Source: Candidatus Woesebacteria bacterium (lineage in GTDB: Bacteria; Patescibacteriota; Microgenomatia; UBA10105; UBA927). Taken from it: DNA of 64,000 bases. Below, piece by piece: positions 9,340 to 19,068 of the stretch. Position 1 is the stretch's first letter, and each line of letters starts with the position of its first letter. The DNA lies in the NCBI GenBank assembly GCA_018062625.1, contig JAGORV010000004.1:8234-72233 (forward strand), written 5' to 3'. Below the pieces are notes generated by a model that did no database searches, had not been told where the DNA came from, and saw only the letters and a program-made list of their open reading frames with translations. Position numbers and translations under genes: made by a program.

Positions 9340-9876
9340 TCACGGCTCTGTGTTAGGACTCGAAACTCCGTATGTGCACTCCTGTGTACCACTGGTTGCA
9401 CAGTTTGTCCCGCTATATCCATCCTGATCTACACCATTTCCTGCATCCTGAGTATTTTCTAATCGTGCATATAACTTATAACTACTCGTGGCTCCTACAT
9501 AATAATATCTATACAAAACAGAGGAAGGGTCTTGTGGCATAAGCACCATATATAATGTATCATTTTTATCCTTAAATTGACCGCCCCACGTACACGGCTG
9601 AAGGTCTAATGCTAAACAACCGACAATTTGCCCATTTGCGTCATTACTTGGGTATACACCTTTATCACTGTAATATGCCTCAAGCGCTGTCGCAATATTG
9701 CGAAGATCGTTTTTGCGACGGTTATCCCGACCACGACGGCTAGAAGACGTATATCCACCTGAAACAAGCGCTACAAGCACGCTCAAAAGCACCATAACCA
9801 CGAGTAACTCAATGAGGGTAAATCCTTTTTTTCTCTGTAATAATATAGGCATATTCATGTTTACCGCGCGCACCAT
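9340..9876 (-). CDS. Type IV pilin / pseudopilin-like protein
   Basis: The canonical class III signal is LLQRKKG|FTLIELLVVMVLLSVLVALV. Alternative ATG starts lie at 9858 and 9852, just after the upstream stop at 9861-9863. Confidence 0.8.
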   Translation of the reverse strand: MVRAVNMNMPILLQRKKGFTLIELLVVMVLLSVLVALVSGGYTSSSRRGRDNRRKNDLRNIATALEAYYSDKGVYPSNDANGQIVGCLALDLQPCTWGGQFKDKNDTLYMVLMPQDPSSVLYRYYYVGATSSYKLYARLENTQDAGNGVDQDGYSGTNCATSGTQECTYGVSSPNTEP

Positions 9877-10565
9877 TTACTGGCGTTACCACATAAATTC
9901 TGGCACGTATCTTCCGCGTACGAAAATGGGCAATCAAATACTGTTGGGTCTCCTACATTATTACAGGTTCCAGGAGCAATTACGACCCCTCCAAGTAGCG
10001 TTCCTGGTCTACACGCATATGGCCCAAACAAGGATGGAGTAGGGGTGGGTGTACCTGTGGGCTCACTATCTGGATCAAATCCCGCTGGAGTGACGCTGAC
10101 TCCTGTAGCCAAACAATAATTCCAATACGCACCCCAACCACAACCATTGACCGCATCACAACCAAGCGTTGTAATATCTGGATCATTCCAATCTTGCAAC
10201 TTGGCACAGAGGCGATTGCCCAGACACACATTGCTAGAGGCTGGTGAATACAGATATGGCTGACCGTTGGTAGGATCACAAGGAATTTTGGGCAATGAAT
10301 ACGCACTAAGCCCGTTACCACCACATGTTTCGACTATATCAGCAGGCGGATAACAGCCTTGATCATTGTAGTATTCTTCAAATGCACGCTGAATTTTGAT
10401 GAGATCTTCTTTCCGCCCCGCATCATGCGCTCTATACACATTTCGGCGCCAGTTTACAAGCAAAAGTATGCCCGTAATTACACAAATAATCGCCACAACA
10501 ATAATGAGTTCTGCGATGGTATAACCCGAGAGGTGACGCTGAAGCTTCGTCCTATACATATACAA
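9861..10565 (-). CDS. Pilin-like protein with a divergent prepilin motif and a Cys-rich C-terminal domain
   Basis: QRHLSG|YTIAELIIVVAIICVITGILLL has Glu at +5. The codon at 10565 is TTG and the first ATG is at 10559. The C-terminal half contains many cysteines and a PTGTPTPTPS linker. Confidence 0.7.
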   Translation of the reverse strand: MYMYRTKLQRHLSGYTIAELIIVVAIICVITGILLLVNWRRNVYRAHDAGRKEDLIKIQRAFEEYYNDQGCYPPADIVETCGGNGLSAYSLPKIPCDPTNGQPYLYSPASSNVCLGNRLCAKLQDWNDPDITTLGCDAVNGCGWGAYWNYCLATGVSVTPAGFDPDSEPTGTPTPTPSLFGPYACRPGTLLGGVVIAPGTCNNVGDPTVFDCPFSYAEDTCQNLCGNASKWCAR

Positions 10566-10676
10566 TTATTTCGTCGTAAATTTAGTATGGAGTCATACGC
10601 TATAAATTGCAACCACTGTAAGAAGTTCACAAACTGAATATTGACGCTCAACAGCAATGCGAGTACTTTACCTAGT

Positions 10677-12668
10677 ATGAAATGGAAAATAGCTGGAGTG
10701 GTGCTTGTTGTAGTCGCATACATTTTCATTGTAAAACCTGCGTGGATTTTCCCTTCCTATACATTATATTGGTTTATCCCAGACGGAATGCGTGCAGAAC
10801 CAAATCTCTTTAATGTCTTTCAGTGGGCCAAAGAAGGCAAGCTGCCAAATATACAAAAACTCATAGAAATGGGCTCGTACGGCTATTCATATCCAAATTT
10901 TCCTAGCCATACACCGACAAATTTTGCAGCCCTCTTGACCGGAAGTTATCCCGAAGTAAACGGCGTAGATGATGGGCCTATGCGCGCAATTGGAAAACCA
11001 CTGGATAAAGTTGCGGTAGGGGGCTTTAGCTCAACAGCAAAAAAAGTTTCGCCAATTTGGAAAACATTAGAAGAAGCAGGGAAAAAAGTAGCAATTATAT
11101 CGATCCCCGGATCTACACCGCCAGAAATACAAAAAGGGATAGTACTTCGTGGTCGATGGGGGGGATGGGGGCCAGACTTCTTTGGACTTATTTTTGAAAC
11201 CAAGGGAGATTTATCACAGAGGATCAAACAAGCCCGCGCTGCTCGATTTTTCTATTTTGGACCACAGCTTACCAATTATGTAGACGATACAGCTCCCACA
11301 GGATGGACAAGCCCTCCTAAGAGCTTCTCGCAGCCAAAAGAAATCTCTATGGCCGGATGGGGTGCCACAATATTTGGATATATTTATGATACTACAGACG
11401 ATGAAACTGTCAACTATGATACGGTCGCGTTCTCACACGACAAAAAAACGATCTTCTCTAGTATCGCCCCAGGTTCATGGACAGATTGGACCCCCATTAC
11501 GCTCCAATGGAAAGCTGCGGATAAGGTTGTATCTGTGCCCACACAAACTCGCTTGTCAGTCATAAAGCTGAATGGCTCTGATGGATTTTTTCGCATTAGA
11601 GTGCTCTATAACACGCTAAATAGACATACAACATTCCCAGAATCAGCAGCAGATAAAGTATTGGGGCTCACCGGTCCACAAGTAGACTTTGCCGATAACT
11701 TTCCTGCACAACTTATCTATTATCCAGAGGATAAGAAGACGTTTATAGACGAGGCGACCATGTCATTTGACTGGCATACCAAGGCAGTAAACGCTGTACT
11801 AACACTATTTAAACCCGATGTAGTGATTCATGACATATACACACCAAACCAAATGCTAACATCAAGATGGTGGATGGGATCAATAGACCCAGCAAGTAGT
11901 ACATATAATGATGTATCCAAAGAGAACAGGGACAAACTCTGGACAGAAGTACAAGACATGTACAAGGAGCTCGATACCATCATTGGACAAATACTTGCCA
12001 AACGAAATAGCAATTCGTATATAGTGCTTAGCTCTGATCATGGAGCAGTTCCGCTAAACACTTATGTAAACCTCAATAACATTTTTGCAAAAAAGGGATG
12101 GCTCAAATTCCAAATAGATCCAAAAAGCGGTGAACCACTTATAGATTGGAAGAATTCAACTGTTGTGTATCTTAAAATGGCGCATGTGTACATAAACCCA
12201 AATGGTCTAGACGGCAACTATACACGCGCAAGTGGCCCAGCATATGACCAACTTAGGACAAAAGTTGAGGAATCACTCGACGCACTCGTCGATGATAAGG
12301 GGAACAAACCACTAGCAGACGTAGTTCGCTGGGAAAAAGCTCGAGAAATCGCACGCATGGATCCTGAACGTGCTGGAGATCTCATCATAGCCAATAATCC
12401 AGGATTTGGCTGGAATGAGGAAATGACCGCTGACCTTGTGGAGTACTCACACCCATCGGTTTCTGGATACAAACAAGCTATACATGCAAAAGAAGTTCCA
12501 GGCATGTGGACCCCTTTTATCATCGCTGGCCCAGGCATAAAGCGGAATCACTTCTTGGGAAATACGCCGTTTTCACTTATCGATCAGTATCCCACAATCA
12601 TGAAAGCACTAAAGGTAAAAATTCCTAGCTTCGTACAGGGAAAGCCACTCGATGTATTTGTTAGATAA
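10677..12668 (+). CDS. Membrane-anchored alkaline-phosphatase-superfamily enzyme, type I phosphodiesterase / nucleotide pyrophosphatase-like
   Basis: ATG at 10677 begins MKWKIAGVVLVVVAYIF; the ORF also opens at a TTG at 10641. Motifs are WFIPDGMRAEP, FPSHTPTNFAALLTGSYPEVNGV and LSSDHGAV. Confidence 0.8.
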   Translation: MKWKIAGVVLVVVAYIFIVKPAWIFPSYTLYWFIPDGMRAEPNLFNVFQWAKEGKLPNIQKLIEMGSYGYSYPNFPSHTPTNFAALLTGSYPEVNGVDDGPMRAIGKPLDKVAVGGFSSTAKKVSPIWKTLEEAGKKVAIISIPGSTPPEIQKGIVLRGRWGGWGPDFFGLIFETKGDLSQRIKQARAARFFYFGPQLTNYVDDTAPTGWTSPPKSFSQPKEISMAGWGATIFGYIYDTTDDETVNYDTVAFSHDKKTIFSSIAPGSWTDWTPITLQWKAADKVVSVPTQTRLSVIKLNGSDGFFRIRVLYNTLNRHTTFPESAADKVLGLTGPQVDFADNFPAQLIYYPEDKKTFIDEATMSFDWHTKAVNAVLTLFKPDVVIHDIYTPNQMLTSRWWMGSIDPASSTYNDVSKENRDKLWTEVQDMYKELDTIIGQILAKRNSNSYIVLSSDHGAVPLNTYVNLNNIFAKKGWLKFQIDPKSGEPLIDWKNSTVVYLKMAHVYINPNGLDGNYTRASGPAYDQLRTKVEESLDALVDDKGNKPLADVVRWEKAREIARMDPERAGDLIIANNPGFGWNEEMTADLVEYSHPSVSGYKQAIHAKEVPGMWTPFIIAGPGIKRNHFLGNTPFSLIDQYPTIMKALKVKIPSFVQGKPLDVFVR

Positions 12669-12860
12669 TTGATATAGTAATTACTATAGGGTTATGTACA
12701 ATTTCTTACTCTCCTATTGCTAAAAAATTATTTTTTTTTGGCAACGTATGGGCTCTATATATATAGGAAATTAAAAACGTCCATACATCGTAGATAAACT
12801 CAATAAAATCATTAAATTATTACACCCTGACACGCGGATGACCCAAACTCATGTTATTCA

Positions 12861-13496
12861 CTAACGACAACCCAATCCATCTATGATTGTTTCTAATTTA
12901 TTTACGTTAAACTCCTCATTTTTTGTGATAAAATCTACTTGATACAACTGTCGTTTCGAAGGGCAAGAAAACAACACCATCGCCCCCTTGTATATAGCTT
13001 GATCCTTTTGGCATGATCCAAATGTTAAGCGTTCATTGAGATATCCTATAATTGTCTGAACAGAAAGATGATTAGTATTCTCATACGACTTGTACGTGGG
13101 CTTGAATCCCTCATCACAGACGATTTCATTGGATAATAAACCTGGGTATGGAGACCTAATGTTGTCATATAGCGCCTTCATACCAGCTATACGACCATTT
13201 ATATAGTCTATCGATGCTTCAGGATCAACATCTGATCGAACATCAATACGTACTATTATGTCTCCCATCTGATACCGTGCACGATACACAGATCCTCGTA
13301 CCTCCTCATATACTTCAGTAAGCTTTAATACTGAACCTTTTGGTAACTCGAGACATGATAGTCTCAAACATGATCCCATCAATCCCAAAGAGATATAGAA
13401 CAGCATGCCTATCACAATACATGTGCCCAATACATACACGATGCCCTTACTCCTATGTTTCAAAAATGACTTCAAGGGACTGTTTGTTATTGCCAT
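12861..13496 (-). CDS. Hypothetical membrane-anchored protein
   Basis: ATG at 13496 begins MAITNSPLK; the ORF extends to a TTG at 13526. One TM segment is GIVYVLGTCIVIGMLFYISLGLM. No recognisable family. Confidence 0.55.
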   Translation of the reverse strand: MAITNSPLKSFLKHRSKGIVYVLGTCIVIGMLFYISLGLMGSCLRLSCLELPKGSVLKLTEVYEEVRGSVYRARYQMGDIIVRIDVRSDVDPEASIDYINGRIAGMKALYDNIRSPYPGLLSNEIVCDEGFKPTYKSYENTNHLSVQTIIGYLNERLTFGSCQKDQAIYKGAMVLFSCPSKRQLYQVDFITKNEEFNVNKLETIIDGLGCR

Positions 13497-13532
13497 AATA
13501 CATTTATAATACACGTAAGTTAGCAAAACTAT

Positions 13533-14831
13533 ATGAATAGGATCACATTGTCAAAAAATAAACGACTACTCGCATACATTAGCACCACACTGTTCATCAT
13601 TTTGCTTTCATACGTCGTTTTGACTACAAATATTTGGACTAATCCAAAAAATCCCCAAGTCTGTAACAAATGTAATATTGTACTCATTGTTATAGATCCG
13701 CTCCGTGCTGACGAGCTTCCTTGTTATGGGTATTCCGCAAATACTGCCCCAAACATTTGTAGGTTTGCGCAAAACAATACTCTCTATACCAATACCTATA
13801 GTCAATCATCATGGACGCTTCCTAGCATCATGTCGCTGTTTTCTTCCCAGTATCCAACGCAACACAATGTTTTTGTACCCAACGTAGACGTATTACCTGC
13901 GACGGCCACTACCCTACCCATGGCGCTAAAAGCCGCAGGATACGAAACCACGTTTATTGGACCGGTTGATGAAGCGACACAACATGTACCACTCGATAAA
14001 GGAATCGGACGTGGATTTGAAACTGTTATCCCCTATACGTCGTTATCGGATGCCGCAGCTATACTGCAGAATAAGCTAAAATCAGCTACACCAAACAAGC
14101 CAGTTTTTGTATTTATACACTCGTTCGATCTTCGAAATGACTCCGTAAAAGCAGCCCCGACTGTGTTCCCTCTTGATCCCAACTATACATATGGACTCGT
14201 TGATCCATACCTGCGATCCATCACGCTACCTACACAGGAAACCCGCGGAAACATCACCTCATATCGACGCGTGTATGATGAGCGCTTACGTCAACTTGAC
14301 GAACAATTTCTAGCCATAACCCAATCAATTTCTGACACACACTCAGGAGAAAAAACTATCGTAGCAATCACTTCAGATCATGGCGATGAATTTGGAGAAC
14401 ACGGTCAATCTAGTCACGGTATAAATTTATACAAAAGCGTAACCCATGTTCCATTTATTCTCTCGCTACCCTACCAGACACCTCTACAATCCGATAAACT
14501 CGTCCAAAGCATCGATATCTACCCTACACTCTTGGGTGCAGTGGGGATAAAGACTCCTGCTTCGGCTCGAGGAATAAATGTATCTCCACAGTCTAAGAAA
14601 CAGCAAGAAAAACAAAATCAGTATGTCATAAGCCAACTGGAACCGGAAAAACATCTTGTCACAATTCGAAATCATCAATGGTCGTATCATTTCGACCCAA
14701 CAAATGAAAAAACCAAACTACAAGGATCCTTATATAATCTACAAAATGACTCAGAAGAATTGCGTCCCATCGTATCAAACACCGACATGATCGGTATACT
14801 GATTAGGGCATATGAGCATATACTAAAATGA
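13533..14831 (+). CDS. Sulfatase-like hydrolase/transferase (alkaline phosphatase superfamily), membrane-anchored
   Basis: VLIVIDPLRADELPCYGY matches the metal-binding block. SSWTLPSIMSLFSSQYP lies at the position of the sulfatase C/S-x-P-x-R signature but reads T-L-P-S-I. TSDHGDEFGEHG is present. Confidence 0.8.
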   Translation: MNRITLSKNKRLLAYISTTLFIILLSYVVLTTNIWTNPKNPQVCNKCNIVLIVIDPLRADELPCYGYSANTAPNICRFAQNNTLYTNTYSQSSWTLPSIMSLFSSQYPTQHNVFVPNVDVLPATATTLPMALKAAGYETTFIGPVDEATQHVPLDKGIGRGFETVIPYTSLSDAAAILQNKLKSATPNKPVFVFIHSFDLRNDSVKAAPTVFPLDPNYTYGLVDPYLRSITLPTQETRGNITSYRRVYDERLRQLDEQFLAITQSISDTHSGEKTIVAITSDHGDEFGEHGQSSHGINLYKSVTHVPFILSLPYQTPLQSDKLVQSIDIYPTLLGAVGIKTPASARGINVSPQSKKQQEKQNQYVISQLEPEKHLVTIRNHQWSYHFDPTNEKTKLQGSLYNLQNDSEELRPIVSNTDMIGILIRAYEHILK

Positions 14832-16285
14832 AAAAACTCATCGCCATCGTAGTATTTGTTATCCTTAGCGTTATCATAGTTACGCTCTATCCTCGCATAC
14901 GGCGAATATATAAAGGCTGTCCAAAATGTAATATCGTTGTTCTCTCTATCGACCCCTTACGCGCCGATAATCTTCCTTGCTTTGGGTATAGGTACAACAC
15001 CGCTCCAAATATTTGTCGGTTTGCCAATCGCAATATTATATTTACCAATGCCTATGCACAATCTTCATGGACGTTACCGAGCATCATGTCTATGGTCACA
15101 TCACAATACCCATATGAGCACGGTATGCTCCTCCCGTATCAAAGCGTACTTGCCCCAAATACCACTACTCTTCCACAAGCACTACAAAAAGCTGGATATC
15201 ACACCGTTTATGTCGGCGATACTGCCAATAGCCATCTTCCACTGGACAAAGGACTAGGTCGGGGCTTTGATCAAATCACCGAATACAAACACGAAACAGG
15301 CGAAATGCTTGATCTAATAAAAGCGCAAAAAAACATCAATAAACCCATGTTCATGTTCATCCACAACTTCGATATGCAAGGAAGCTGGAACAATGCGACC
15401 AATCCACCACGTACGTATCAATTTGATCCCACATTTACTCCACCTCAAATATATAAACCCAAAGAATTTCTTCCTGTAGCATGGAACGATGCTATCTATT
15501 TTTTGGAACAAAAGCTCAATTTATCTGCTGATTATGCGCGTATACTTTCTTTACTCAAAAAGTCCAAAACATCACAACAGGCATATATATACTTCAGGCA
15601 ACTTTCGCCTGCAGACCAACAAGCCATTCTTGCGTTTTCTATTTTTGAACATATTGATATGAAAAATTCTTCACACATCAGATTATTGAGAAATCTGTAT
15701 GATGAACGACTTGCGCAAGTCGATCGATCACTTTCGCCATTGTTAGATATGCTCACTTCCCCACCGTGGAGTGAGGACACTATTGTTATACTTCTTGCAA
15801 ACCATGGTGATGAGCTCGGTGAGCATGGACGCATGAGTCACGGTACCAATCTATTCGCCAGTACGACACACATACCGATCATTATGCGTATACCAAACGT
15901 CATTTCAAGCCGTATAGACGGGCTGGTTGCAAGCATAGATGTATTTCCCACCATTCTCGATATCGTAGGAATCACCATTCCAAAAACCGTTCGTGGAGAA
16001 AGCTTGCTCTCCTTGATATCAAAACAAACTACTCACACAAAAAGAGACTATGTAGTTAGCCAATTGGGACCACTTCCGTGGTTATCGATGATTCGTACAC
16101 CATCATGGAGCTATTACCAAGACAAATCAGATCAACCACCAACTCAGTTGTACAATCTCCGCACAGATCCTGAGGAACAAAAAAATGTGCTAAACCAACA
16201 CGCGGATCAAGCGAAAAAACTTGATCAAATCCTCCAAAGAATAAATATGACACATAACACGATATCGCCTACTCCCTCACCTTGA
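14828..16285 (+). CDS. Sulfatase-like hydrolase/transferase, paralog of the preceding gene
   Basis: ATGA overlap with the upstream gene. The same blocks are present: VVLSIDPLRADNLPCFGY, SSWTLPSIMSMVTSQYP and ANHGDELGEHG. Confidence 0.8.
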   Translation: MKKLIAIVVFVILSVIIVTLYPRIRRIYKGCPKCNIVVLSIDPLRADNLPCFGYRYNTAPNICRFANRNIIFTNAYAQSSWTLPSIMSMVTSQYPYEHGMLLPYQSVLAPNTTTLPQALQKAGYHTVYVGDTANSHLPLDKGLGRGFDQITEYKHETGEMLDLIKAQKNINKPMFMFIHNFDMQGSWNNATNPPRTYQFDPTFTPPQIYKPKEFLPVAWNDAIYFLEQKLNLSADYARILSLLKKSKTSQQAYIYFRQLSPADQQAILAFSIFEHIDMKNSSHIRLLRNLYDERLAQVDRSLSPLLDMLTSPPWSEDTIVILLANHGDELGEHGRMSHGTNLFASTTHIPIIMRIPNVISSRIDGLVASIDVFPTILDIVGITIPKTVRGESLLSLISKQTTHTKRDYVVSQLGPLPWLSMIRTPSWSYYQDKSDQPPTQLYNLRTDPEEQKNVLNQHADQAKKLDQILQRINMTHNTISPTPSP

Positions 16286-16318
16286 GAACCAATTAGCGAC
16301 CCATGCATAGCAATGGGA

Positions 16319-17689
16319 TTATTTTTTCGAAGGTAAAATACTCATCACTGCATCAGCCGCACTACTTGCTATCAATCGAGATCCCAATTCCGTTGTATGA
16401 CCAAACACTCCAGCAAAATTATCGACAAAGAGATCGCCATACGACATATCTTTTATAGCATTCTGAAAATTTAATTCATTACTCACAAATGTTACTGTTG
16501 AATCTGCCGGAAACATATCTTGAATAGTGCGAACAGAAAGTAACGGGTATTGCATGGCAACATATCGCACACCTCTTTGCTTTAATAATGTATGAATCTT
16601 TCTATAAATCTCTGCAGTATTAAAGTTTGACGGTTTTCCCCAAGCACCTACTTGAGCTTTTATCGCTTCATAATAAGCTAAATCCTTTCCTGTTTTTTCG
16701 TTTACCATTTGATGCGCTATCCCCAGTAAAGAATCCATAAACACGCCTATATCTTCAACGTGACGTACGATAATGTCTTTTGATTGAGCCGTTATCGTTG
16801 GATTTGCCATGACACATGCATGTATAAGGTCCTGCATATCTCGATACGCACTCGCCCACGTCACCACTTCACTCCACATACTGCGTGACACATAATGGTC
16901 GACGAGCACTTCATACGCTTGATAGGAAAATGGAAATCGCAAAAGAAACTCTTTCAGTATTTGTTCCGCTGCCTGATCTTGGGGACCATTAGAATATTGA
17001 CCCACATATCGATCTGGGTATGATTTCTGTATGATCGCCTCATACGCTGGTAATGACAATGTTGACCACGCATTATCTCCCATTTCATCAGCATGACACG
17101 TAAGCGCTGTTTGGGTTAATAATTGCTTTCTCTGGCCACTCAATAATCGACCCATGATAGCAAACAGCTTGTACGATCGTGTCGCTTGTATGCGATCTCC
17201 CATGCGGGACCACCACGATGGTAGTGATGTAGGAAGAGCCAAATATTTTATGTCATTCACACCCATCATTGTTATAACCATGTCAGGATCCAACATCATA
17301 GCCTCGGTAACCAACCTTCGATAAATAGCGCTAGAGTTTGAGCCTGAAACTCCCAAATTATATACGCGATACGCATCGTATCCGGCGCGCATATTCAACT
17401 CTTGCTCCAAAAATTCTGGCCATGCAGGACCAGAAAGCGGAGCGGTCGTTGATTCTCCAAGCGCCACGATACGTATCCGTTTGAGATCTTTTTGAATTAC
17501 TTCTATCATGCCGACATATCGGCTCACATAATATCTTCCAGCGATCCACAAAAATACCTCTAGAGTTACACAGCCCAAAAACACGCCTAGCAAAAGCAAC
17601 ACAAGTGCTTGCGACACTCGTATTCGTGCATCCTTTTTCCGCCCCACTTTCTCGATTTTTGATGAAACGGATTCTGAATATGTATTCAT
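16319..17689 (-). CDS. Membrane-anchored SGNH/GDSL-type hydrolase-like protein with a long internal insertion
   Basis: SGNH-like blocks are VALGESTT (block I), NLGVSGSN (II), MMGVNDI (III) and FGHTTELGSRLIA (V-like). About 230 aa of helical-looking sequence separates blocks III and V. Confidence 0.6.
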   Translation of the reverse strand: MNTYSESVSSKIEKVGRKKDARIRVSQALVLLLLGVFLGCVTLEVFLWIAGRYYVSRYVGMIEVIQKDLKRIRIVALGESTTAPLSGPAWPEFLEQELNMRAGYDAYRVYNLGVSGSNSSAIYRRLVTEAMMLDPDMVITMMGVNDIKYLALPTSLPSWWSRMGDRIQATRSYKLFAIMGRLLSGQRKQLLTQTALTCHADEMGDNAWSTLSLPAYEAIIQKSYPDRYVGQYSNGPQDQAAEQILKEFLLRFPFSYQAYEVLVDHYVSRSMWSEVVTWASAYRDMQDLIHACVMANPTITAQSKDIIVRHVEDIGVFMDSLLGIAHQMVNEKTGKDLAYYEAIKAQVGAWGKPSNFNTAEIYRKIHTLLKQRGVRYVAMQYPLLSVRTIQDMFPADSTVTFVSNELNFQNAIKDMSYGDLFVDNFAGVFGHTTELGSRLIASSAADAVMSILPSKK

Positions 17690-17701
17690 AATGGTATGTG
17701 T

Positions 17702-18952
17702 TTAGTGTTTTTGTACAACCTCCAGCACAGTCTTTGCAACTTGCTCTGCTATAAGCTTCGATCCAAACGCTGTAGTGTGACCAAATACTCCAGTAAAATG
17801 ATCGATAAATATCTCATCATATGAATATTGTTGCAAAGCACGTTGAAAATTCTCTTCATTACTCACGTAGATAAGTCTAGGATCATTATTGAGCCGCTGC
17901 ATAATGTCTTGTACAGGTAACAGAGGATACTGCATGACAACAAACGGAATTGAACGACGGGTAAATAAATCAATAATTTTTCGATAATACGTTGTGGTAT
18001 CGATATCTCGTACACTTTGCAACGTAAACAACATAGGCCTATTTTTTTGATACCACGACGGCGTGATAGTTTTGGGACTGCGTAACGCTCGTTGTGAGAC
18101 CTCTTGCATAGATGTAATGTACGAAATCGCGTGATCTATAAGACTGGTAAGTTCCCGCGAACGTTTTATATCCTTCCCGCTCGCCACCATGGCGCAATAC
18201 CGCATGTATGGCTCCATGGTCATTGCACGAGTTATCCAATCTGACGCCTCTTTCCATGTATGTTGTGTAGCGTAATAATCTATGAGCATGACATACGCGT
18301 GTGATGAAAAAGGAAATTGTTTCGCGTACGCCAAACGTTCTTTTTCATTATTACCACTCGCGCTTAACTCTTGAAACGCATACTCCCCCAAAGAAACATC
18401 AGTACATCTAGCTACTTGAGCCAGTAAATCGCGTTGTGATTTTCCAGATATTTGACGCCACAGAATCGAAATAAATCTATACACTCGGCTCTGAGAAATG
18501 ATACGAAGCATCTTTTGATATGGAGACACAGACAACTCTGGGAGAGCTGGATAAGAAACGTCATTTATCCCCAACATAGCTATAACCATATCTGGATGAT
18601 ATGTAGCTTCGTATGCTCCAATTTTTTCTGATACATCACGAGTATTTGTACCTGACACTCCAGCATTTATCACTCGGAATTTCTCGGCTCCCACCTGCTG
18701 ATTAAGTAATATTTCTAAATATTCTGGCCACGCAGGGCCATTTATTGTGGCTGTCGTAGATTCACCAAGCGCAAGTATTGTATATGCCTGCATATCTTTT
18801 TTTGTGAGAATAATCGAAGAATTATATTTTTTTTGCGCTGCAAAAATACTAAAGACACTTTCCCAAAAAATAACGGTACACACTAGTCCCAAAAATAAAA
18901 GCAGAAATCGCCAAACCCATTTTCGAAAAGTTTTTTGTACGCCAGATTTCAT
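17702..18952 (-). CDS. Membrane-anchored SGNH/GDSL-type hydrolase-like protein, paralog of the preceding gene
   Basis: Blocks are LALGESTT, NAGVSGTN, MLGINDV and DHFTGVFGHTTAFGSKLIAEQVA. The architecture matches 16319..17689. Confidence 0.6.
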   Translation of the reverse strand: MKSGVQKTFRKWVWRFLLLFLGLVCTVIFWESVFSIFAAQKKYNSSIILTKKDMQAYTILALGESTTATINGPAWPEYLEILLNQQVGAEKFRVINAGVSGTNTRDVSEKIGAYEATYHPDMVIAMLGINDVSYPALPELSVSPYQKMLRIISQSRVYRFISILWRQISGKSQRDLLAQVARCTDVSLGEYAFQELSASGNNEKERLAYAKQFPFSSHAYVMLIDYYATQHTWKEASDWITRAMTMEPYMRYCAMVASGKDIKRSRELTSLIDHAISYITSMQEVSQRALRSPKTITPSWYQKNRPMLFTLQSVRDIDTTTYYRKIIDLFTRRSIPFVVMQYPLLPVQDIMQRLNNDPRLIYVSNEENFQRALQQYSYDEIFIDHFTGVFGHTTAFGSKLIAEQVAKTVLEVVQKH

Positions 18953-19011
18953 ATAAACCTAGTATAACAACGCCAAAGAAGTAATTCACAGTAACCCATC
19001 ACACTCTCCTC

Positions 19012-19042
19012 TTGACACATACACCAGTTGAGGGAGTATATT
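19012..19042 (+). promoter_or_regulatory. Candidate sigma70-like promoter in a divergent intergenic region
   Basis: TTGACA lies at 19012-19017 and TATATT at 19037-19042. The 19-nt spacer is longer than optimal. The site is upstream of the ATG at 19069. Confidence 0.3.
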
Positions 19043-19068
19043 AGAATTGAATTGTGCGATACAAGACA

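Noticed and set aside
12669-12860. The largest intergenic gap: checked for tRNA or small RNA genes, with a perfect 16-nt palindrome tatagtaattactata at 12673-12688.
   Set aside because: No tRNA-like acceptor or anticodon structure was recognisable. The palindrome is entirely A/T-rich with no loop and no flanking U-tract. The region is AT-rich spacer between convergent genes, and nothing more can be supported.
13533-16285. Genuine arylsulfatases.
   Set aside because: The C/S-x-P-x-R formylglycine signature is replaced by T-L-P-S-I in both paralogs, and no maturase gene is nearby. They are reported as sulfatase-like hydrolase/transferase.
16300-16329. Intrinsic terminator between the convergent genes ending at 16285 and 16319 (cccat-N8-atggg followed by attatttttt).
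   Set aside because: The stem is only 5 bp with an 8-nt loop, and the T-run overlaps the stop region of the minus-strand gene. This is too weak to call without folding energies.
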